The notes under the pieces: model-generated
Told to the model about the DNA's origin: nothing
The model's input: the letters and a program-made list of their open reading frames with translations, nothing else
Database searches by the model: none
Made by a program: the position numbers and the translations under genes
NCBI GenBank assembly: GCA_951406725.2
Contig: OX597825.1
Coordinates: 27,156,001 to 27,220,000 of the forward strand
Direction of reading: 5' to 3'
From: Octopus vulgaris
Taxonomy: Eukaryota
DNA length: 64,000 nucleotides
In this document: in pieces, positions 53,061 to 64,000 of the stretch
Layout: each line of letters opens with the position of its first letter
How positions within the stretch are numbered: position 1 is the stretch's first letter

Positions 53061-54725
53061 AAACACGTTGGGATAAATTATGATGAACATTTTATCACTA
53101 GTATTAATGTTGAACATTTGTAAGAGCAAAAATACAAAAGACAACATTATTCCATAAAAACTTTACTAAGTTGCTAAAAAAGTTTTAGATTATTACTTTC
53201 TCAATTGCCATAATGGCGAAACTCATGGAAATATTACAGGGAGGGTTTCAGAAATGTACCAAGATTTATAAAATGTTAAAAGTGTGAAAATTAATGTTAT
53301 ACACACAACACAATTATATGATTAGCTTCTAGAAAAGGTCAACGATGGCCAGTTATAGAAACATACTAGATACAGGACTGCTTTGATCAATCAGTCTCAA
53401 CCAATTAACCACCAATTATTCTCATATCCACAATTACATCCTAGGAGTAGCATTATGTGCTTGCATCTTATTTACTAATCTCGACTATCTTTCAAAATCA
53501 TTTCACTGAATGGAGCCAGATAGCATCGAAGCTCAAATTTTTTCTCCAGTTTCTATTTGATATAAAACCAAAGTAGAAAATTAATCTCATTAAATATGTT
53601 AATCTTACCCACCACGTCACATTTTTCCTAAGCAAGTCGTTAAAGATACACGACTGAGATAACAGGATAATTTTCCCGTTTTCTCAACAAAAGAAATGCG
53701 CTGGTACGTTACGATGAAAATAGTTGATATGCAACAAACGTCGGTTCTTCGATTGAGATCTAGCTATTCTCAGGCACTAAACGTGTACTTGGCGAAGTTT
53801 CGTCAATATATGCGCATCAAACGCCGGGTAGATCGGCCGTAATTCTATGACCAGAGAATTCAATAATATATACTATAATCAAGAGATTATAGGGATTTAT
53901 ACATATCATGTTGATTAAAATTGTCGAAACAGTTCTAAAATTCGATGCCCAGTGAAACCAGTGTTTTCCTGAGAAATTATCTGACTTCGCCTCCTATTGC
54001 TCTTTATAGAAAACTAACGGGAAATTCTACAATCTGCCATGTATGATCTGTAAAGTAGGACGGATGCCTAAAAATATTGAGTTTGCCATATTCTTACCTA
54101 GTTTCTCAAAGCGAATCCTGTAGAAAACAGAGACTTTGTCTAGTGAACGGAAACGGCACATTGCATAACCCGGCACAAAAGTGAGTATCTAATTATCGCA
54201 AGACATTATCATTCTGTTCCATGTGAGCAATTCTACCAGTTTTCTTAATGAAATTTAATTTCCACATATCTATCATATACACCGCCGTGATAGTAATATG
54301 GTCTGAATTTTGTCATAAACAAATATAAATATCACGCTACTTATACTATGAATTCATCTAATGCTATAAATTCAGAAAAGCATTTTATCTTCCATCTGTC
54401 TGTAGATGAAGGCATATCTGCTTTAATTAGACCCAGCAATAAAATAAAGATGTAAAAGATATACTACGGTGTTATGTAAAATTTTAACAAAGACTAACGG
54501 CACTACGTTCTGTAATATATGCAATGTGTCATCTTAACGTTTCCTTCGCCATACCACTCAGAGGATTAGCTCAAGGAATAAGCCTCAATATACTCGATAG
54601 AAATAGTTGCCAGATTGCTCCCATATTAAACGCTTCTGTAAAGACGTATTACATTCGAAACAATATTCGTAAAGAAACCGATATTTCACGGCTGGTGGCA
54701 TATTTATCCACGGGTATTTTCAATC

Positions 54726-54942
54726 TAGTCCCTGGAGAAGAACATCATGCTCGGAATGGTTAGCGGCAAGAGAGGAAGAGGCCGACCAAGAATCCGCTGG
54801 CTTGACACCATCCAGAGTGACACGGGAATGACCATAGCCAATCTGAAAGAAGCGACCCAGGATAGAACTGGGTGGAGGACACTGATCCATCGAGTAACAG
54901 AGAGTCGACTTCGACTGAGCGGATAGATAGATAGATAGATAG
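54726..54942 (+). mobile_element. 5'-truncated RTE (BovB-like) LINE with (GATA)n tail and 10-bp TSD
   Basis: 54729-54926 encodes SLEKNIMLGMVSGKRGRGRPRIRWLDTIQSDTG..ATQDRTGWRTLIHRVTESRLRLSG*; TSD ATTTTCAATC at 54716-54725 and 54943-54952. Confidence 0.92.
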
Positions 54943-55656
54943 ATTTTCAATCATATTTAGTTGGGTTTTAACAAACATTCTCGGATATATTGTTGACATT
55001 TATATTGGGTTTTCGATATCTATTAATGAATCTTATCTTTTTAAATCCTGGTCCGCAAGGATCCAGGGTTATGAGAAAAATTCTTCCTTAGTGCATCATT
55101 TATATTTTGTGACAAATACATCGTCTAAAAGCGTCCTTTCATTTCGAGGGAATATTGTCATATTTGAAACAAAATTTGCATTTATTTCTAGCAAAGCAAA
55201 TAGACACTTGGAGGCTTCTTCCTTGCAATTGGTTATGCCAGTTACAAAACTCTTTGAATAAGAAGACGGAAATGAATATACACTATAGATTTTCAACTAT
55301 TTTTAAAGTGTCCAGAAATTTGCGGCGAAACTTGATAATGAACAGTTCGTAAATCTTGCTTGTATTTACAGTAAAAATTAGATTTCCTTCAGGAATTTCT
55401 ATACATTTACGCTTCACCAGCAATAACACGTTTATTACCTGGCACAAGTTGACCGAATTGAATGACTTTCCGTTATTCTTTTCATTCCAGTAAATCACTG
55501 AGACAACAATATTATCAGGAAATAAATTTATGCAATGTGGCAATATCAATGATAGCCAATACAGTATTGGAAGATAGCTGAATAATAACATTGCAGGCGA
55601 CTCGATACACACATCCACACACACACAAGCAGGCCACATGCACAAACACACACACG

Positions 55657-55713
<57 letters not shown>

Positions 55714-55754
55714 GTATATATAATCACACGCTTCTATACGTGCATAAATATACA

Positions 55755-55819
<65 letters not shown>

Positions 55820-56142
55820 GTATATGTATATATGTATATATGTATATATATATTTAGTTATTCATATATATATATATTTACATCTCCATCTCTCTCTCTC
55901 TCTCTCTCTCTATGTATGTATATATATATATATATATATATGCATAAAATACATAAATATATGCATGCATTATTTCCCTATGAATTGCTTTCACTCTGTT
56001 GCGTGCTTTAATTCTCTGTCTCGCTTTCTCTCATATTATATATACGTGTGTATCTGGGTGAATAGATCTGATAAATACATGCGTATACACAAGCACACGT
56101 ATGCATATGTGCGTAGGCGTGCATATGTGTGCGTGCCTCTAT

Positions 56143-56194
<52 letters not shown>

Positions 56195-56686
56195 ATAAAA
56201 ATGGTAAGACATATATATATAAATGTATATCATTGTCTAAACACAAATTTATGTACACATATAAATATATATTTATGTGCATGTATGTGTGTGTGTGTAA
56301 GTGTATATATAAATATATATGCATAGAGACAGAGAGTGAGTCATCTAGTTATCTATCTATCTATCAGCATGTACGTGCCCGAGTGCGCCTGTTTGAAAAT
56401 GCATATTTGTGTGTATTCTAGATTCTACTTGTGTATGTGCTAACATTTAGTTACATTTATCTTTCTAACATGTCAATAATTCTTGTTTACTGGTTCTCAC
56501 ATTTAAGCGTTTTCAATATAAAATCCCACCTTTTCATGGAAGGCGCTAAATGGGTCATTTATGGCTAAAGATATGAGGTAGGCTATTCGATTACATGAGA
56601 AATACATTCTTAATTGGATAGATATAGGATGTTATATGGAGTATAAACAATTGATCTTATATTACTACTACGACGACGACGACCTG

Positions 56687-56733
56687 TAATAATGATTATG
56701 CTAATAATAATAATAAGAATAAGAATAATAATG

Positions 56734-56803
<70 letters not shown>

Positions 56804-56877
56804 TAATAATGATAATAATAATAAACTGTAATAATAATGATGATGATGATACTGATGATCATGATGGTGATGATAAC

Positions 56878-56915
<38 letters not shown>

Positions 56916-56948
56916 GAAGAAGAAGAGGAAGAAGGAGAGGGAGAAGAA

Positions 56949-56980
<32 letters not shown>

Positions 56981-56999
56981 AGGAGGAAGAGGAGGAGAA

Positions 57000-57034
<35 letters not shown>

Positions 57035-57060
57035 AAAAGAAGAAGGAGGTGGAGGAGGCG
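56687..57060. repeat. (AAT)/(GAT)/(AAG) compound microsatellite
   Basis: Direct reading. Confidence 0.96.
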
Positions 57061-57884
57061 GAGAAATGTTACTATTATGTTGATTCTTATTACTATTTTT
57101 GTTATTAATTTCATTACTAATGTTATTCTTAATATCATTGCCATCATTAATATTATTAACATTACTGTTGTTATTTAATAATGTTTATCCAAAGATATAG
57201 CCTTTAAAACTCACATTAATTCGGAGTTACCTATGCTCGTTTTTATTTGATATGTTACATATAAATCGTTGCAGGAAGCATTTTATGATCTATACCAAAT
57301 AGTTAATATATAATATATTTCCTTATGTGATATATAATATACCTACTTATGTTTTACCTTTGAAATGCTGTTCGGTGTAATAATATAATATGAAAACCGA
57401 CGTAGGCATGGCTGCCTGGTTAAGACGTTATCGCCGCAACTGAATTGTCATGCGTTCAATTTTTGTGTATGCATTGCTGTATTTTGTTGTACTTTACCAT
57501 GGTCTTGGTTTTTCGTGAACCATTTTGAAAGCGGTTTGACAGCAACAGTTTTCGAGAGATTACATAAGTAGTTCTTAAAGTGTTGGGAAATATTGCCTTT
57601 TGCTACCTCAGGCAGTTTTATGTTAACGTTTTAAAGCTCTATGGAATACGCAGATGCATATACGACCTGCATTCCAGGAGACTTGAGTCGTTTTTATGAG
57701 AAACAATCATAGCTGTTCTAGATTAATGTGACTTTGGTATACCATTACTATACGTCTAATATGCTAACTTGCCAACTTTTGTTGTTGTAGATTAAAAGAG
57801 AAGGCTGGATACACCTTACGAAACACTGCTTGTTAGAGCTGACAAACTGACAACTTTGCAGAATGCCATCGGGGTAAGAAAACA

Positions 57885-58030
57885 ATTTGGGAGCACGCTA
57901 TGCAATAAGTGCTTTGCGTTAAACTGTGAAAAACTGCTACAGAAACATATGAATGGTTCAAGGCAGCCTATAGCTTAACTTGTCGAGCGTCCGTTTTCGC
58001 TTGCAGAAAAGCTTCAAGAACCGTAAAAAG
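57885..58030 (+). pseudogene. Mariner transposase N-terminal HTH relic
   Basis: With frameshifts, E.RYAI..CVKL*KTATETYEWFKAAYS..RASVF..KSFKN resembles the mariner EQRxxIKFCxKLGKTATETxEMLxxAYG..LSRxxVFxWxKxFK motif. Confidence 0.75.
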
Positions 58031-59244
58031 CAGCTGGGAGACGATAAGAGGTGTGGGAGTTTGGGGCTTGTGATAGCGTCAGAGTTGGTTTTAAAAAGTT
58101 CGTAATTTTCTGGATTAAGACCACCGTGTGTAAACAAAGAGAATAAACATACATAATTGTTAATATTATTTATACAGATAACCTATAGAACTTATAGCCA
58201 TCACCAATTTTTGCTACAACGTTTCGTATTGAGACTTCAGATGTAAACAAAAATGGGTAATGAATGTATGTGTCATATTTTGTGTGGTTGTTGCCCCTTC
58301 ATCATCATTAATCTAACCCAGTCTTACCACCGAACACATTGCTTCTATAGCCACCGCATACAGCGGTGTTAAATTATTGGACATACCAATTTACATATGA
58401 AACGCAATCCAGGGGTTGGTATGTAAACATTAAGGATTTGTAGGTACGTGGCACTTCGTTATGCAAAGATAATATACTATAAAGTATATTAACTGTTGTT
58501 TTTTTGTAAGTCAGCATCACAGTTTACTGGTCAGCAATGCTTCTTACATTATTTTGTTGAGGTTATTTCTACTGATATTGTGTTAAGATTATTTCTATAG
58601 ATGTTCTATGTTAAGATTATTTCTACAGTTCGTCTATGTAAAATGGTATATCGACTAACTTGACACCGTTGTAAGCGATGATTATTTAAGCAATGCGTAC
58701 GGAGGTGAAAATGGGTTTAGATGAGTGCTGGAGAAGGGGCAACATCGCCAAAAATATAGCATGCACACTTTTGTCTTGGATCACATTGTCTGTTTACATG
58801 TGACGTCTCGATATGAAACGTTGTAGCAATAATCAGTGTTGGCTATAAGTTTTACAGAATATTTGTAGAAATAACCTTTACAAAATAATGTAAGAAGCAC
58901 TGCTGATGGGATAGAGCGTGGTGCTGACTTATAAAACGGCTTGTAGTATGATTTATAGTATATTATGTTTGCATAACAAAATACCAAGTGCCTACAAATC
59001 ATTAACCGGTATACACGTTGGAGCTGGTGCGGCATCTGTACACATAATCTTTCATCTGCAAAATTTATGCAAAGCTTGTTTCCAGGTTATTTAATGACGT
59101 GTAGCAGAAAAGAGACATTGGTTACAGTAAGATGATGGTTGAGCACAATGCCATCAATTCAAGGGTGATCAAGTCTCTAGGGACCGGTGAGGAAAGCTTA
59201 ATCTAATGTTATGATTTGGCCATTTTACCCACTCCTTAATCGTC

Positions 59245-59340
59245 AAGGCAAAAGTGATTTCAGCGAGATGTGAACTCAGAGTGCACATAGTCGAAAGTGC
59301 GAAAAATTTTGTCTGCCGTTATAATTACTCTGCTAATTCG
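59245..59340 (-). mobile_element. SINE family B, old fragment
   Basis: AAGGCAAAAGTGATTTCAGCGAGATGTGAACTCAGA. Confidence 0.55.
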
Positions 59341-61140
59341 ATTAAAAACTAAAAAGGAAAGACAAATTTAAAAAATTACTTACATCAGAAAGAAGGAACG
59401 CAATCTTCAGAGGAAGATCGCTCAATGTATTTTATAAAGTCAAGGGAAAGCGTACACATTACATTTGTAAGTAATACAAATCTGAAGGGAATCAGATAAA
59501 ACATTATATTCATTAGCCGACTTAGTTTTGCTTGATATTGGTGGCATTCAAGCAGGAGTCTTTCAAAGTGAAAAATGTGTCTTTCCCACCGGGTACTCAA
59601 ATATAAGATTAATAATCTTACTAAAAATGTTATCATACTGAAACACATAACAAACATAAGAGTAATTCTTCTTAGAATTACAGTCATCTACTTCACCATC
59701 TTTCAATGATTCAATTTCTAAGCCGTTGTATATCTATAGTTCATCAACATCTACAGAATTAAATACACACGCCAGAAAGAACTTTACTTTGCAAAAATAA
59801 AAAAGGATAATACTAAAAAAGAACCGAAATATAATTCCCTTTTTCAACTGCAGATTAATTAGATATTATATTCTTCACTTTAGCATATTTTTCTCCAGAG
59901 TACGACCTGTATACTTGCAACAAAATTTTATGCTGCTAGTTAAAGATAAGTATCTTAAATTTTCCTCATTAGAAAAGAATTTGTTAAAGTTAAAACAAAT
60001 TTAGCTTTCAGCAATTTTTTTCAAAGTTTTCAATGTTTAGTGTTACTGTTGTTTATATTTAGAATTTTGTTTTGTTTATTATTGTTTTTTATTTAGATAT
60101 AATTATTATTATTGTTATTTTGGGTTTTTTTTTAGTCTTGAATTTTTACCTTTTTCTCTCCTTTTAATCTGAAAACGAAGATTTCCTGCCGTGAGATAAC
60201 GAAATTAAGAAAATTCTTCACCCAAATCAGTAAAGATCTATGTATTAAGAAGCAAGAAACTAAATCAATATCTAAACAAATTCATCTTTCGAAACACTTT
60301 CTTTCCTTCGACCTCTGTCTCTCTATTTATTTCTCTTAAGTTTTGCTTCATTTCTTCTTTGAATTTACACTCTCCCTTCTCTCAACATCACTCTCCCTCT
60401 CTGCCATTTTCTCTCCCTCTTTTTCGCTCCCTCTCTCTCTCTCTTTCGCTCTCACTGTCTCTATCTCTCTCTTTCCCCAGTTTCTATCTCTCTCTCTCTG
60501 TCTCACACTCTCTCAATTTTTCCTTCATTCTCTTTGGTGTTCCTAAAGCAAAATAAAAACAGCAACACGCTACACGATCATGAAGCAACCAATATACAGA
60601 TATTCCCCAAATGGGATACTAGATGATAACTAATTTGACTAAATTCAATATCATCCAATGATTTTTTACTCCCATTTCAATTTTTTGTTTTGTTTTTAGT
60701 AAATATTATTTATATGTTGTTACTTACCGATTTTATTTTATTTTGTTTCAATTTCTGCAAATTGCAATCAATATCTCGTTTCGTCATTTTGACTGCATTT
60801 GAGATAATTAATTTCTTGTGGAGAAAACTTTTCAAAATACATATTAGATTATAAATATCATTTTCTTTATATTTTTTGAATTATTTTTGAATTATTTTTG
60901 TGGAAATCTATATCATGCTGTCGTATTTTCCAAACAAACTCTATTATACATAATTTGTAAATAATTGTGTAAATAATTCTTTTCTAGATATTTATTTTAT
61001 AAATAATAATAATGTCAAAAATAGAAATATCTAATTTGTGCTTTTAGGATGCCTTTCAAGTATATGGAGACAGTGAAAATTTTATTGTTACTGTGGCGGA
61101 TCGTTAGTAAGGAGAGACACAAGAAAAATAAGGCAATGAA

Positions 61141-61180
61141 CCACTGATGAGATCACAGAAGTGTGACGAAAGAACTCTGG
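61141..61180 (+). ncRNA. Minimal type I hammerhead ribozyme candidate
   Basis: CCA [CUGAUGA] G(A)UCACA-GAAG-UGUGAC [GAAA] G-AA-C [UC] UGG: canonical core, 3-bp stem I, bulged stem II, minimal stem III. Confidence 0.55.
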
Positions 61181-61362
61181 CCGAAATACAATTAATATAA
61201 AATAAAGCTGAAGAATGTGGACACCAGATATACAGTGTGTGTCTTTCCATTGGCTAAACTGGCAACATGACTATCCCCAAATACAACAATATCTGTTTCA
61301 ACACACGATTTCACATCAAACATCTTGCAAAATGGGTATATAAACACACACACCTACGCACG

Positions 61363-61743
<381 letters not shown>

Positions 61744-61767
61744 ATATATATATATATATGTGTGTGT

Positions 61768-61806
<39 letters not shown>

Positions 61807-64000
61807 CGTGTGTATAGGCACCGGGCATGTACCCTCATATGTTGCCTTTGCTATAATGTACTTTCAACGGCGTAGAATGTTCAATTAGTTTTTGACAGTG
61901 AATAATGCTACAGCCAACAAAACATTAGATTGTGTAGTGTTGTTGAACGATTATGGCCTTTGATATGCATTAGTGTCCATCACCAGTTTCCAATGTTGCT
62001 TCAGGTGGTCGCTCTGGCGTGTTGAACGCGTAAAATAATCGTTGCGTTTAATTACAAAATGTAATGCAGCATTGTCCTAGCTATTTAAGATATAAGTTGC
62101 GATTCTCTGTTAATATATTCACTCCAAGATACCCCCATTCTCTACATATCAGTTACTGCATATATTCAACTTTGTGAAATATCGCCTGAATTCTTTACTT
62201 CGAAAATAAATTTTCCACAATTTGTGCAAAGAAGAGAATGATTCCCGGCGAGTAGGTGCGATTGACTTTCCACAGGAATAACATAATAGCTTCCGTCGTT
62301 CTAAAAGCTTTTAAGACCAATTCTCCCATTTCCTATACATAGTGGAGTAATGTACACATGAAATACACACTTATCACGGGCTCAGTGAAACATTTTCTCC
62401 AACCCTTTAGCGTGTCATATACTGGGTCTATATGCTCATGACAGAATATCGCCACTCTTTATATTTCACCTTTTAAATACATATTGCATACTATTGGGTT
62501 ACTATATATCAAGTCTATATTAACGTGCAAAGAGTACGGAGGGAATCTATTTCAATCTTACAACCATTACCGCATATGTCGTTATGTTTCATCTCACTTC
62601 TGTACAATATTGTAAATATTGTGGATATAGTTGACAATATCGACCTTTTTACTTGGATCTAATATACTGTGATGACTTACATAGAAATAGTAGTTGTTTT
62701 AAGTGTTTCATACGGCGCTACAATACACCACAACGGGGACGCTTTTGAGGTGATCAATTGAAAGCACAGATTATTTCTTCGTTCCCTGCTCAAGTAGTAG
62801 AGCGATAGTCATACTGTTAATTCGGCGCTGAAAGTCTAAGATTGTAACATGTCGGAAGAATTGTCAAAGGCATAACTATTTAACTGTTATTTTTCATGAA
62901 TTTCACAGCTGTAAGTTGGTCACATTGTTCAGATACTTCAGCATGTAGCGTTGATTCTATACTTGATGTGTCAGTTATTTTGCCCCATAGGACTCATTTG
63001 AGCATTACGTAACAAACGGTTTCCCTCTGAGAACGTAATTTTAATACTGCCGGTAAATTATATGTAGTATATGCGATTTATTCATATATATTTTGGATAA
63101 TCTACAATTTCAAGGGAGATATTATGCAAGTATCTGTAAATGAGTAGATGGAGATATTTTTTGTCGGTCCTTAAGAGAATTAGATGTAATAAATGGTGTA
63201 ATTTCATGAGATTTTTCCAAGTAAATTCTAGAAGATAATATATTTTTATTAATGCTCGTTATAGTTCTCAATTGCTCTGCATATTCATAATGCATTAGAT
63301 ATCACTAGTTTACATTTGAATGTGTGAGACAATGAAATTATTTCACAACGCGGATCAGTAAATTCATATGATCAACTTGCGACGATTATATATATTTCCA
63401 CATATTATTTCATGTTCTGAAATAATGGAGCTATATCCGACATGTAATGGCATTTTGTATTGTATTCAGGCGTCATATTTTACAAGTCTATAGAACTGAT
63501 TTGATTTAGTTTATTTCATGCTGCGTACAATCATGTTTACCTTTAATTTTGTTCCATTTTCCCCGAGAGCGATGTAGTTTATTTTGAATTTCTATGAGAA
63601 TTTTATATTTCATGACAGTAGTTGCCCACTTAAATCATATCGACGGGGTTCGTTGTCTCTTATTTAATTTTTATTCAGAGGAAATGACATTTCTTCGAGA
63701 CTCAGGAGATATTTAATACATATTCTTTACATTATCCACAAAATATTACTACACTTGTGAGCCGTTTGGTTGCATCGAATTTACATTTTTTTCACTCAAT
63801 TGATTTTCATTTATACTTATCAAAATTCTGGCTTGAGAGAGTGAAGTTTCTTGAGAAAATATAGCGAGTTAAAAATTGTTTAAAAAAAACGCTAAAAAAA
63901 TGATGAATAGACAAGACAAAGCGAAAAACTATGAGAAAAATATTTCTGCTGTAGTGATTGACTAAATATTTGTCAATGCAATGCTGTCTATTTCACCTAT

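Noticed and set aside
62300-62450. Minus-strand KGLEKMFH*ARDKCVFHV resembling the MULE CxFH motif
   Set aside because: Too short and degenerate to call without an HMM search.

Overview
AT-rich, microsatellite-saturated eukaryotic non-coding DNA. The SINE families and the TA/TG/TAA microsatellite load strongly suggest an Octopus (coleoid cephalopod) intron or intergenic region; this is my recognition, not a database result. No intact protein-coding gene is supported, and almost all ORFs in the track are microsatellite translations. The window holds three tRNA-headed SINE families, two decayed R4/Dong-type RLE non-LTR retrotransposons with TAA tails, a young 5'-truncated RTE/BovB-like insertion with a TSD, Tc1, mariner and Chapaev-like DNA transposon relics, and a ~380-bp foldback element. 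The most notable signal is about 12 hammerhead-ribozyme (HHR) motifs from several unrelated small non-coding repeat families that look like Penelope pseudo-LTRs or retrozymes. They occur as tandem units or inverted pairs and mostly abut (TA)n tracts. Two have a canonical core with all three stems (15794-15874 minus; 61141-61180 plus). All alignments and folds were done by eye.
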